This document shows positions 39,436 through 51,769 of a stretch of 64,000 bases of DNA, piece after piece (position 1 is the first letter of the stretch; each line of letters begins with the position of its first letter). Under the pieces are notes generated by a model. That model had not been told where the DNA came from and did no database searches. It saw nothing but the letters and a program-made list of their open reading frames with translations. The position numbers and the translations under genes were made by a program. Origin of the DNA: Chiloscyllium plagiosum (lineage: Eukaryota); the NCBI RefSeq assembly GCF_004010195.1, contig NC_057751.1:10348589-10412588 (forward strand), given 5' to 3'.

Positions 39436-40549
39436 TTGGTTTCACTTTGAGGCTAATTTCTGTCCTGACAAAGCCAGCGTAAAATTAGATGCTCTCCACT
39501 TCAATACCTTCAGTCTGAAGAACCCTCCCAACCCAGCCTTCTCTTCTAGCCCCACACTCCAAACCCACAAGGTTTGATAACCACCTCGCACTTTTGCAGG
39601 TGCTTATCGTCCTGTTGTTACAGATTTCCACCTCCCCCTACAACCTCTCAGCTCTGGAACCATTGGAGATTATGACTGTGACAGAAATGTTGCTTAAATA
39701 TTTGGTGTGTCAGCTATCTCAGTTTTTGCATAAGGCCTCAGCCATTAGTGAGGAGGACTGTGCAGAATTGATAGAGTTGGATGTGTCATTGTCACTTCTG
39801 AAGCCTCACTCAATCTAGATGGACTGCCCAGTTCTGCTCAGTTTTATTCATTTATGACTTTTCTGTAATGGTTTGGTACAGCTGAGAGATTTGCTGGGCT
39901 ATTTCAGATGTATGTCTGGTAACACATCTCAGCTCGATGAAGAAATGATAGCATGTTTCCTTCTCGAAAGGTAATTTGTGTATCAGAATGACCTTTATTA
40001 CAATCCAATACAGTTTCACGGTCACCGTTAATTCTGAATTCATCATTAATTGAGGAACAGTTTCACCTCCTGCTGTGTTGGAATTTGAGTCCATGTTCTC
40101 AGGACATGAGCCTTAGTTTCTGGAATACTAGTCTCACCGCAATGTCACTGTCCCCTTCTCTTTGGATCTATTAGTGGAGTTATTTATAAAAGGGAGGGAT
40201 TTGATTTCTCGAGCAAGTTTTGCTCACTGCTTATTTATCACAAAGACAATGTGCAAATATACACAAACAACTCGACATTAAGAAGTCTAAGGGAGTGCAA
40301 GTGCCAATTTCATAGCTAACAGGATTGTAAAAGGCAGTACAGTCATGGACATATTCTCAATTGTAGGCCTCAGAATGCCTTTAAAGCTAATTGATGTCCT
40401 GTTTTTAATTAAACAATTTCACCAAATGAGCTCACACTTTTATTAAAGTGCACAGGAGAACATTACAAATATATGTAATCAAAAGCACTGGAGCTGAAAT
40501 GTGGTCTTCAGTTTGCAGCAAACTTGGCTGTCACTGCCCTGGATTATAT

Positions 40550-41260
40550 AGTAATCCCACTTGATGTTATTACTGGACAACTCAGATCCCTGCCTGAAGA
40601 CTGGCTTGATGCATCATATTGGTCTTTTTATGGTTTTCATGAGGTGTCTTACAATGATACATAAACACACAATATTGCAGATTTGATTTTAACAACAAAG
40701 CATGTTTGTTGTGCAAAGAAATTAAGATAAAATAGAATAAATTATTTACATAACCTGCAAATTTAAAGATTTTGAATACATAAACAACAATCCCATTATT
40801 CTTAACAGCACTCATTTACAATGTTCAGACTTAAGAGAGAATTTCTTTCTCTGTCACACTGAGGGTTTGACCTAGTTGTGGTATCAATCCTCAATCTTGA
40901 AGGCTTCTTCCAGAAACCTTCATAAAATTGAGCTTAGACTTTGTCAACTCCAAATTATTCCTTCTGGGTTCTAACTAAAAGCTGCTGGTCTGAACCAAAC
41001 TGCTGATACTTCAGGAACCCATTTCCTAACAGTTCTAAACCATCTCCTTTATTCAGAGTAACTGTTTATACATCCAGCTTCAGCCAAGACTTCCGCAAAT
41101 TGGCCAACTCAAAAAGGCTTCCTTCAAGCTATGGGTGTTCTTGCCTAATCATAACAAAACATTCTGACCTTCAAAACTAAATGCCAAATACCCAACAATT
41201 TATTTTGTTTTCTGGTGAAAAAGTCTCCGAAACTTGTGTTTTGAAGTGCAGGTTCACGTA
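40550..41260 (-). repeat. Solo-LTR-like repeat related to 53881-54694 (+)
   Basis: Shared end tcaagccag...agtaataacat...tgggat. Confidence 0.4.
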
Positions 41261-41394
41261 CATAATGTTCAATGTTATTTGTTGTCAGTTCGGTTTTCTG
41301 TTTTTTGATTTAGTAAGCAGTGGGGTTTCTGTGTGTCTGAAGTAACTATTTAATTTGAAAGTCACATGGTGATTTATTTTAAAAACGTCTTTTA

Positions 41395-42143
41395 GAGTCA
41401 TAGAAATGTACAGCATGGTCCAACCCGCCCATGCCGACCAGGTATCCCAACCCAGTCTAGTCCCACCAACCCGGTCCATGTCCCTCCAAACCCTTCCTAT
41501 TCATATACCCATTCAAATGCCTGTTAAATGTTGCAATTGTACCAGCCTCCACCACTTCCTCCGGCAGCTCATTCCACACACGTACCACCCTCTGTGTGAA
41601 AAAGTTGCCCCTTATGTCTCTTTTATATCTTTCCCCTCTCACCCTAAATCTATATCCTCTAGTTCTGGACTCCCCCAGCCCAAGGAAAAGACTTTATCTA
41701 TTATTCTATCCATGCCCCTCATAATTTTGTAAACCTCTGTAAGGTCACCCCTCAGCCTTCGACACTCCAGGGAAAACAGCCCCAGCCTGTTCAGCCTCTC
41801 CCGATAACTCAAATTCTCCAACCCTGGCAACATCCTTGTAAATCTTTTCTGAACCCGTTCAGGTTTCACAACATCTTTCTTATAAGGAGGAGACCAGAAT
41901 TGCACGCAATATTTTCAACAGTGGCCTAACCAATGTCCTGTAGAGCTGCAATAGATCCTCCCAACTCCTGCATTTAATACTCTGACCAATAAAAGAAAGC
42001 ATACCAAACGCCTTCTTCACTATCCTATCCACCTGCGACTCCACTTTCAAGGAGCTATGAACCTGCACTCCAAGGTGTCTTTGTGCAACAACGCTCCCTA
42101 GGACCTTACCATTAAGTGTATAAGTCCTGCTAAGATTTGCTTT
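41395..42143 (-). mobile_element. CR1/HER1-like LINE 3' fragment
   Basis: ORFs with HLGVQVHSSLKV...LYRTLVRP, QFWSP...ERVQKRFTRMLPGL and WNELPEEVV. Confidence 0.9.
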
Positions 42144-42300
42144 GAAGGCAGTCTTTAGAGTAAGTAGGTTTTTTGCAGTGCTCATGGAAATTTGGTTATT
42201 TAGATTGTTTTGTGATGTTGCATGGTAAATAATGGGGCCTCAGAGGTTTATGAGAGAGTTCTGGAATTTGGAGTTTGTCAGCTGAAGGAAAACATCCAAA

Positions 42301-42630
42301 GCAGCCTGGTAGCTCAGTGGTTAGCATTGCTGCCTTATAGTGCTACAGACCTGGGTTCAATCCCAGACTCAGGTGACTGTCTGTGTGGAATTTGCACATT
42401 CTCCCTGTGTCTGTGTGGGTTTCCTCTAGGTGCTCTCATTTTTTCCAGCCATCCAAAAGAAGTGCAGGTTAAATGGATTGGTCATGCTAAATTGCCCATA
42501 GCATCCAAGGATGTATAAATTAGCCAAAGTTACAGGGATATGGGTCTGAGTCTCGGTGGAATACTCTTCAGAGAGTTGATGTGGACTTGGGTTGAATGGC
42601 CTGCTTCCACTGTGTAGGGACTTTATTCTA
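42301..42630 (+). mobile_element. HE1-like V-SINE (older)
   Basis: tagctcagtgg A box, ggttcaatccc B box and V-domain core. Confidence 0.85.
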
Positions 42631-42912
42631 TAAAAGCTGAGAGAGACAGAGGGTTTTAGTTTCATTTATGACTTTAGGTGATCAGGTGTGAAATCCTTGG
42701 AAAAAATGGCGATGTAGATCAGTTTTCCTGAGAACGGTAGTGTACACAGTGAACTAGGCCACCTTAGAGTGAGGAGTTAGTGTTAGTGCCAGACTCAAAC
42801 CAGATGTCTTGGAATAATACATTGAAGAGGTTATGTCAATCTGAGTGCATTGAAGCTCAGGTGCGTGAAGGCTCCAACAAGAAGCTATATGCAATTTAAA
42901 CTATAAGTTGAA

Positions 42913-44217
42913 GGGTGGTCAGTGCCTCAGTGTTGGCCCGGTCAAGGTTGCTGGTGTTGGTGCATCTTTCTTACCATTGGATTCTCAGGAGAAAGTGAGG
43001 GCTGCAGATGCTGGAGATCAGAGCTAAAAAATGTGTTGCTGGAAAAGCGCAGCAGGTCAGGCAGCATCAAAGGAGCAGGAGAATCAACGTTTTGGGCATA
43101 AGCCCTTCTTCTGGCCTGAAGAAGGGCTTATGCCTGAAACGCCGATTCTCCTGCTCCTTTGATGCTGCCTGACCTGCTGCGCTTTTCCAGCAACACATTT
43201 TTCAGATCGGATTCTCAGGATCTTGCACAGGCAGCGTTACTGGTACTACTGTGGGAGGTGTCTGCTGCAGATAGTCCACGTCTCAGAACCATATAGGAGG
43301 TGGGAATCAAGACCTTGGTCTCTGATCTGATGTTGTTATTCTTGAACACACTCTTCAGGTGGCCAAAGGCTGCACGAACATACTGGAGGCAGTGCTGGAT
43401 CTCTTCATTAATAGCTGCTTTGGCTGACAGGACAGTCCTGAGGTATTGAAAATGGTCAACCTTTTCAAAGGCCTTGATGATCAGGGGTTCGCTGCACCAT
43501 GCTGGGCCAGGTTTGTGGAGGACCTTTGGTTTGCAGATGCTGAGAGTGAGGCACATGCTCTAATTTGCCTCCATAAAGATGCTGATGGTCTGGAGTCCAT
43601 CCTCTGAGATACAGAAGCTTCTGTTTACTGCCGTTCAATGCTACTGGTTGGTCTGACTTTGGTTTTGGCTTGAAGGTGGTGGCAGTTAAATAATTTCCCA
43701 CTGGTTCTGTAAGTTTGCTCTACTCCAGTAGGGAGCTTGGCAGCAGTGAGGTTAAGTGTTGATTGGTTACAATAGGCTGGGCACATTGTCCATATGACTG
43801 ACATGAAGCTTTCCAAGCAGGTGCTCTTCTCCCAGCTCTGAAACAGCAGATGAGCCCCAGATGGACAGAGGAAGGGCTTCAGTGATACCCTCAAGGCCTC
43901 AGTGGCAAATTGTAGGCATTTCCACAAATACTTGGGATTCACTGGCCCAAGACCATCCAAAGTGGAGGAGGAGCATCCAGGAAAGTGTGGAGTACCTCAA
44001 TACTTGCCATTGGGAAAAAGTGGAAGCTAGATGAAAACAGGGAAAAGGAGTGTGTGGTACACCAAAGCCTCCCCATCTCTCCTCGTGATCACCTTCTGCC
44101 ATAAGTGAAACCTAGTCTGCAAAAACCGCATTGGTCAGCGCAGCCACCTATGTACACACCATGAGAGTGGAAGAGAATCATCCTCAAGTGTGAGGGGCCA
44201 CCAGTGAATCAATAATG
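42913..44217. mobile_element. RTE-clade LINE 3' fragment with inverted 5' part, interrupted by a PLE fold-back unit
   Basis: Minus: VDHFQYL...EEIQHCLQ..AAFGHL..VF...TKVL...ILRIQW. Plus from about 43761: LQ*AGHIVHM...KQVLFSQL...GQRKGFSDTLKAS. Confidence 0.75.
42991..43208. mobile_element. Fold-back PLE-terminus mini-element with 12-bp TSD
   Basis: Inverted arms of about 85 bp, flanked by ggattctcagga at 42979-42990 and 43209-43220. Confidence 0.85.
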
Positions 44218-44734
44218 AAGTTGAAATCACAAATGATTGAACTGACCAAGGTGTTAGATGCATGGACTCTGGTGTGAGTATTATACGAGTCATGTTTGGG
44301 TATGACACAAATGCTTTTGTTTCTTTTTAGTTTATAAAGGATGTTTTGTCCTTAGTGGGAATGTACTTGTACTGTATCTTTAAGACATTTAATTTGTATT
44401 ACAAGTGTAGTGATTGAAATGAGGTCAGCCAGCTTGACCTCCAAGAATCTGAATTCCCTTTTGAGGCAGTTAATCTGGATCAATCAGGGAGCCCTGGCTG
44501 ACAGAGAAAAAAGTGGCAGCTGAGGGATATTGACACTGAGAGTTGACTCAGAATGAGGCAGTACTAAAGTCAAGGACAGTTAATAAAGGATGACTTGATT
44601 GAAGGGATACCGACCTCTGTGGAATTACTTCGTCCTTGATTAATCTATTAGTGCCTTGGTAATGAATCCATCCACCTCTGACAAAAAAAAAGGTAAAGAA
44701 TCTATATTCACTTTTGAGGAAAGGAATCTAAAAC

Positions 44735-46230
44735 ACTCAGCACCCTCTGAGAGGAAGAATGTTCCTTGTCTGTGAGTTAAATGGATGTCCTCTGATTTTT
44801 AAACTATGACCTCGAATTCTAGATTCTCCCCCGAGAGGAAACATCCTTTCACTATCCACCAAATCTCCTTGGGATCTTCTGTGTTTCAATTCAGTCATCT
44901 TTGATTTTCCTACACTCCGAGTATACAGGCATAGCCTGTGTAGCCCTTCCTTTTAACGCAACCCACTCATTCTAGATATTAATCCACTAAACCTTTCCTG
45001 AACTGCTTCCAGCATAGTAACATCCTTTAAGTATGGTGACCTACGTACAAGTGAATCTACACAGTACTTCAGACATGTCTTGCCAATGCTCTGTATAACT
45101 AAAGCATAACCTCCCTCTTGTGTTTAATTCCCTTTAGAATAAACCATAACATTCGTTTTCCTGATTACTCACTGTACCTACATTCAACCTTGTGCAATTC
45201 ATGGGCTAGGACACCTATATCTCTCTGCATCTCAGAGCACTGCACCCTCTCACAATTTATATAATGTCCTTTCTTTTTCCTTATTCTTCCTGCGAAAATG
45301 GACAGTTGCACACTTTGCTGCATTTGCTAGATCTTTGCCCACTCAAATGAGCTATTTGTATCCATTTGTGGCCTTCTTAGGTTTTCTTCACAATTCACTT
45401 TCCTACCTAACTTTATCAGCAAATTTATCTGCTGTACATTTGGTCTGTTCATCTAAATCATTGCAATTTATAAAAAATAGTTGAGGCCTCAGCAGTGATC
45501 CCTGTAGCACACACTTGGTGACATCCTGCCATCCTGAAAAAGACCCATCTTTTCCTATTGTCTGCTTCCTGTTTGCAAGTCAAACTTCCATCTATGTTAC
45601 CACTAACACCATAAGCTTTTATTTTCTGAATAAACTTTGATTTAGCACCTTATTTACTGCCTTCTGGAAATCTAAACACAATGAAAACACTGGGTTTCCT
45701 TTATTTGCAGCAGATCTTAACTTATTGAAATAACTCCTATAAACAAGTTAAACATGACTTCCCTTTGACTAAACCAGGTTGGCTGTGCCTGATTATCTTG
45801 AACTTATGCAAGTGGTATGTTGTAATGCCTTGAAGAATATGTACTAACATTTTCTGAAAGGATACAAAAGCAAGCAACTTATGATCACCACACTGTAATA
45901 TAGTCAGCACACTGCAGCACGTGATTCCTGTAAAGAGGATGCAGAGGAAATTCAATCAGATAGTGACTGAGCTATGAAGATAGACTAAATAGGCTGGGCT
46001 TGTTTTCTTTGATTACTGAGTGAGGCATCTGATTGAGGTGTACAAAACTCTTAGGACCATTAACAGGGTCGAGGAGAAACATTTCTCTTTAGTAGAGGGA
46101 TCCTTAACTAGGGCACAGTCTGAAAGTAAGGAGGAAGAATGTTTCGAGGGGAATAATTTAATCCACAGGGTTGCGAGTATCTGGAACTCATTGCCTGAAA
46201 GGGTGTTAGAGCTGCTTTTGGACAAATGGC
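44735..46230. mobile_element. Old CR1 LINE fragments (about 44735-45800 on -, about 45930-46230 on +)
   Basis: QPGLVKGKSCLTCL, HLIEVYKTL and IWNSLPERV remnants. Confidence 0.7.
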
Positions 46231-46462
46231 TTGTTTTTGTTCTGTAAATTCAGTGTAATTATGTTTGATGGAAAATACTTCCTGTGTTGCAGAATTTCAG
46301 TTCGAGCTGATGGGACATGAATGTTCCGTGTGCAACAGAAGTCAACATTTTAGAGGAAATGATTTTGTTTCCTTTGGATTTTTTTGAGAGCTTGAGCTAA
46401 AAGAAGGGGAAATGAAGGCAAAAATAAGGCGTATATCTTTGCTTCAGTGAAAATAATTGACC

Positions 46463-46468
46463 TTTATT
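46463..46468 (-). terminator. Candidate polyadenylation signal of the TMEM86A-like gene
   Basis: AATAAA about 110 nt after the stop, followed by U-rich sequence. Confidence 0.4.
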
Positions 46469-46576
46469 TCCAGTAGGCATTTCCTTAATATCTTATCAGC
46501 TGCAGAATGACATACACAAAACTCGTCAACACTTCATTATTGAAGACTGGCAACTTGCTTTCCTTTTGATTTTTGA

Positions 46577-46983
46577 TCACTCATTCTTAGTCTTTACAAT
46601 TGAAAGTGTGATAAACATCTGTGCTGTATAATAGGTAGCTGTAATAATTCCAGCATTATACATGGGAAAGCAATACATGCTGACAGCATAAGTGAAATCA
46701 GATACTATAAAAAGTATTCCTCCAATTGTGGCAAACAATTTGATCCAGGACCAGTTCGGACTGAAAAGTGTGCCAGCACTAGCACGCCAGGCCATAGTTC
46801 CAATTAATAAGATGTAGATGTAGGCTGCCCACTGGAAGGGCTTTTGGTCCCAGACGCATCTTTTTAGGAACAGCATATATATGGTGCCAACAGCCACGAG
46901 GAAAATACCTGCTAACAGGTTTAGAGGTTTTATGCCAAACATCCAGATGTAGAAAATGTGCACAAGTCCAAACATGGATTCTC
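46577..46983 (-). CDS. TMEM86A: TMEM86A-like coding exon 3 (terminal)
   Basis: Acceptor tttttttttctttcag|GA completes a Gly codon (G|GA). ORF 46577..46975 encodes the remaining TM helices and ends KTKNE-stop. Confidence 0.92.
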
Positions 46984-49900
46984 CTGAAAGAAAAAAAAAC
47001 TTCCTCTAAACTAAATCATTACATTCTCATTATCTTCTTAATGTGTTCTATTGATGCTTTCACATACCATCTTTCTCTGATGCACACATTTTTAACCTGT
47101 GACTGCCAGACGGATAAAGTTGACTTAAAACTTTGTATTTTCCATTTGATTATTTTGGCCCTTCCCTGAAGCAGATTTTTTTTTTTAAACCTCTCTGCGG
47201 CACAGCAAGTTTGTTATTCCTCATCTGGTCAGAACAGTAATACTATCTGATGAAATCTTTGTCGGAATTATTTTCATTTAACCTATATTTTCTAATCAAC
47301 CTGTTCAGCAATGTTGTTACTCACCTCTAGAGCAGACTTGAACTCCGGCCTTCTGGTCCAGGGATAGGGACACTACCACTGAGCCACAAGAGGGCCATGT
47401 CAGTTGACATCCTCACAAATTATACATTCCACCTGCTTCACCGGGATAGTAATGTGGATTGGGAAAATGCACTAATTTTCCTTTCTTTGAGCCAGTGAAC
47501 ACGGAGGCCGTTTATTATAACCAAACTGTTTTCTTGACCAAATAAGCCAGCTCAGCAAAAACTAGGATTCAAACCTCAAGCCATCTAATTTTGAAAACTT
47601 AGTGCTTAGCTGGCTGATGTCTTTATGTCATACAGTCATCAAGGTCTGCAGCACAGAAAAAAAATACCTTTTGGCTCATTGGATTTGAACTGTTCAAAAA
47701 AACAAGCATCTCAGTATTCCAATTCTATTTGCCAACATTAGGCCCAGAGTCTTGGACACCTTGCTTCACAAGTGCACACCAAAATATTGTTCAAATGTTA
47801 TGAGGGTTTTTGCCTCTACCACCCATATAGGCAGTGTGTGTCAGACTTTCACCACCCTCTGGTTGAAAAAAATTGTTTCCTCACTTCCTATCTAAACGTG
47901 CTGCCCTTTATCTTAAATTTATGCCTCTGGTTATTGATCCCTCCACCAAAGGCAAAGGTTCCTTCCTCTCTACCCTTTCTATTGCCCCTCACAACATTAT
48001 ACAACTCAATCACATCCCTCTCAGTCTCCTCTGCTTGAAGGAAAACAATTCCAGCCTTCCCAATCTCTCTTGATTGCTCAAGCTCTTCAGCCCAGGGAAC
48101 ATCTTGATAAATCTACTCTGAACCTTCCCCAGTGCAGTCAATCTGTTCCGTCATGTGGATTTCAGAATTGCACTAATTACTCTAGCTGTGGCCTAACCAA
48201 TATTTTGTATGGGTCAAGCATTACCTCCATCATCTTAAACTCTCTGCCTCTGCTAATAAAGTGTAATAATACCTTATGATTTCTTAACTATTTTATCCAC
48301 CTGTCGGGAAACCTTCAGGGACCAGTGGACATACACATACCAAGGTCTCTCTGATCCTCATTGCTTCTCAAGGTCCTACCATTCATATGCATTCTCTTGC
48401 CTTATTTGTCCTGCCCATGTGCATCCCTTCACATTTATTCAGATTGAATACCATTTGCCACTGGTCAACCATCCCATAATATAGTTCACAGGCGCATAAG
48501 AGGATCAAATTTGTCACTTGCCAGTGAAAAGCTTGAGAAGCTTAGCTGATTATCTGTCTTCAGGCAAATGTGAACTAAGGCCATTCTGATTACAAACAAA
48601 CACTGTCTGACCCATTTCTTGGATTTTCTCCTAATATTAGAGATAGAGGTCAGATTCAGGGAGTGATTTCAAGTGTGAACTTCCGGTGGATATTCCACAG
48701 ATTGGTACAGACAGCTGAAGGCATGGCACGGTTGTGGACCAGTGAAAACGGAGATTGCAGAAGGTGCCAAAATTAGAATGTTGCAGAAATTTGAAAGAGT
48801 TGTAGGGCTGGAGAAAGTTTTCTTGGGAACAAACACGTCATGTTAATAAAGATAAAAGGAGTGAGCAATGGTGATGGCCGAGTGGGATTTGGTGTGAGTT
48901 TAAATACAGTCAGAGTTTTGGGGCAGCTCAAGTTTTTGCAAGTTGTTAAGTTGGAGGCCAATCAGAAGAGTAGTGGAACAATCAATCTGAAGATAACAGT
49001 AACATGGATAAGCATTTACAATATAGAGAGCCAGAGGCATGTGTAGAAGCGCACAATGTTACTAAGATGGAAATAAGAGATTTTCATGAAGGAAAAGACA
49101 TGGCATTGGAATCCCACTTTAAGAGTCAAATATGAACCAACTGTATGAAAAGAATCTGTCAGTCTCAGATTGTCATCAGGGAGCAAGGTACAGTTCGTAG
49201 CTAGGACATAGAGTTTGCAGCAATGACTGAAAACAGTAGCTTTTTTCTTTGCAATATTTAAGTCCACAGTTCATTTTGTGGTGTGATGTTTATTTTCCTC
49301 TGGCTTAGTTTTAAATTGTAAAATTGCAATCTTTTGACCACTTTCATTGTTTCAAATTTTAGATCAAAATTGGTCACACCTCAATTGTTTCCCCATGGGT
49401 AATAACAATCATATCTACTCAGTCCCATAACATCATAAATTTTTGAAGCAATATCATGGAAGTCAGATGGAAACAAAACCCTTCCCTCCAGTTCTCCACT
49501 CCATGTATGTCCCTCAAAACCTTTTATATCTCTCCCAGAGGTTTCACTGAAATATGTCAGTAAATACTGTTTAACATTTACACTATCTCTAGAAACTGCA
49601 AATCTTTAACCTATTTTCCAGCACTTACCATAGCAATGATATAGCTGTGGAGAAGTGGTCCGGAAGATATCTCCTGCTGCTGAAAATAGGAGGCCTGCAA
49701 GGAGCTTTTGAGCTTTGGGATGTGTGTACATGTTTATTTCATGAGTCAAAATGTATGTACACAGAAACAAAATGGGCAAGCATTTGAAAAAGGCCTTCAC
49801 CCACAAGGGACAGGAAGACTGTGGTGCCAATACAAAGTAAATACAGACACTCAGCAGGAAGGGTACAAATCTGCACAGCTCCTTCAGGAAGAAAACAAAT

Positions 49901-51376
49901 AACAGCTTATTAGACTTTTAAAAAAGCAGCATTATTTCTCAGGTGATTTCTGATATTTTGTCTCAAGTGAATCGAATTGCATAATTGGAGTGGTGTTTCA
50001 ATTTTGGGCGAATTCTACAAAAGTTAAGAATCACAGAGTATTGTTCATAGTTCTGTTCTTCCAAAAATGTTCAGATTTTTGAACCGTCCGATTATCTCTG
50101 TTTTACACGGTGCAGTTTCTTCTTACTGGGGTACAGTTCCACTTGTGCCAGCAGCTCTCCAACGTCCTAACTAAGAGACGATTTCTTAATGTACAAGTTA
50201 AAACAACAAATGTAATTCAGCTCTAGTTTACAGTCACACCTTATCCTGTCCACTTCAACTTCTCACGTTTTTTAAAAATAATTTTCCATCATGGGTATCT
50301 GATGCCAAATGTAGATTGCAAACTGATGTCCAGACCAAGATTAATAATCTGTTCCTTTGCTAACTGTGGCTCACAGCGATAGACAACTATTTAGTCCATC
50401 AGACTGGAGTTCATTGTCTTAAAACTCAAAGAGGAGGTCTGCTTCATTGAACTAATGAATTTTGCTGATGTGTTTTGCCACATTGTGGGAGAATACATAC
50501 TTGCACTACAATATCTCCTGTGGAAGGTCAAACAAACAAAATTTAGCCTTGGAAGGAAGTTATGTGGTTTTCCAGCAGAACAACAATTAGCAGTAGAGGC
50601 TGGGTCATGCTCAGGAACCCGTGAATGTTGATTACAGAATAGGTCTAAGTAAACATAGGAAAATCTACAGAGCGGCAAAGACCTGAGTTCACCCGGCCTG
50701 GCCCACAAAGCTGGAACGTGTTGTGCCTCACCATAATGTACACTTGCCAACCAACTCAAGTCATACATCCTCCAGGAGGAGGATAAATAAGATTTTAGAA
50801 AAATGCAAATCAAGTGCAGTGGAAAAAAAAAATTGGGAATTGTCTCTCACACTCCTTCAGCTCACCCAAACCAGTCCAGGATACCGGCCTGACCACATTC
50901 ACTCAGTACTAACTTTTTTTACGCACGGTGATTCCCAGCCTAGCCAGAAACAGATGAAGGGATTATTTTCAGTCAGCAAATCCGTCACTATAGTTCATAA
51001 GTCGAATACTAGTCTTCATTTTTCGAAGCATGGGGAAAGTGAGTCAGGGTTCTTGCTGTTGCTTGCCATGCAACGCGTGCGCCTTCACAGAGCACAATTG
51101 TATTTGAAATGATTGTTCAGAGTCATCGCAGTCCAGGCACTGACACCCTGGCTCGATCGACAAGGAAAATGTTTATTTCGTAGAACATAAAAGAATTCAT
51201 TCTTTCAGAAGGAGCGTGGAAAGTGACAGAATAAAGTGAATACCATTCCGAAAGAAGGCAGAAAAGCTCTTCTAATCCTGACAGGGAGGTTACATGGGTG
51301 GAACCGACATCCCGCAGACGCATGTTTTAAATAAATTCCTTACTTGAAATGCGACTGTATTCCATTTCAAAGTCAT
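46577..51376 (-). CDS. TMEM86A: Lysoplasmalogenase, TMEM86A-like (YhhN family); join(51376..51344, 49881..49629, 46983..46577), 230 aa
   Basis: Spliced product MTLKWNTVAFQ|ELCRFVPFLLSVCIYFVL...KCLPI...GLLFSAAGD...Y|GESMFGLVHIFY...MAWRA...LFIVSD...TYYTAQMFITLS matches TMEM86/YhhN motifs (KCLP, GLxFSAxGD, H..Y, WRA, SD, TYYxAQ). Exons of 33+253+407 nt give 693 nt with intron phases 0 and 1. It resembles TMEM86A more than TMEM86B, but orthology is untested. Confidence 0.88.
47630..48480 (-). mobile_element. Old CR1 LINE 3' fragment in TMEM86A-like intron 2
   Basis: Diverged homologue of the other CR1 tails. Confidence 0.7.
49629..49881 (-). CDS. TMEM86A: TMEM86A-like coding exon 2
   Basis: Acceptor ttgttttcttcctgaag|GAG and donor TATG|gtaagt. 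Encodes FVPFLLSVCIYFVL...KCLPI...GLLFSAAGD. Confidence 0.9.
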
Positions 51377-51730
51377 TGCTGTTTGATCGCTCCCAACCGG
51401 ATCAGTCACTCACAACATGGCAAAGGAACACCACAAACTTCAGTTTGTCCACACCCCATTAGTTTCTCTGCTCTGCCTTCCGAGTTGTTTGATGTGAAGT
51501 CCAGGCAAGAAGCCGGACTTTATCAGAACTGACTTCTGTACAAACCTGCCTGCTGCGGGCTGCAGACAAGCTTTTACTTGTACGATAATCCACCCTCCTT
51601 TAGTGGGAGGACACGAAAGAATCAAAGAGGGGATTGGTCCTTGCAAATTGGCTGCTTCCGCAAAAATGCAGAACACGTTATGACAATTCGGGAGGACCAC
51701 AAAATTGTCAGGAACGATAGCAAAATGTAA
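51050..51730 (-). promoter_or_regulatory. CpG-enriched promoter/exon 1 region of the TMEM86A-like gene
   Basis: Local CG enrichment around the predicted first exon, with two CCAAT boxes on the minus strand (attgg on + near 51633 and 51647). Confidence 0.45.
51344..51376 (-). CDS. TMEM86A: TMEM86A-like coding exon 1 (MTLKWNTVAFQ)
   Basis: GCAATGA start and CAA|GTAAGG phase-0 donor, matching the phase-0 acceptor of exon 2. It lies in a locally CpG-rich, repeat-free segment. The peptide is too short to confirm by homology. Confidence 0.65.
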
Positions 51731-51769
51731 TTTGTAAAGGGTGATATCTGACATTAACAAATTGATTAG

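Noticed and set aside
50391..51112. 140-aa and 129-aa ORFs in TMEM86A-like intron 1
   Set aside because: Non-ATG starts and no recognisable domains; consistent with random ORFs.
51344..51365. Alternative ATG (MEYSRIS) for TMEM86A-like exon 1
   Set aside because: Gives a phase-1 donor incompatible with the phase-0 start of exon 2; the ATG at 51376 fits.
27122..51376. Functional ADRA2B-TMEM86 cluster (both touch cAMP/lipid signalling)
   Set aside because: The genes are about 18 kb apart with separate promoters; adjacency alone is no evidence of co-regulation.
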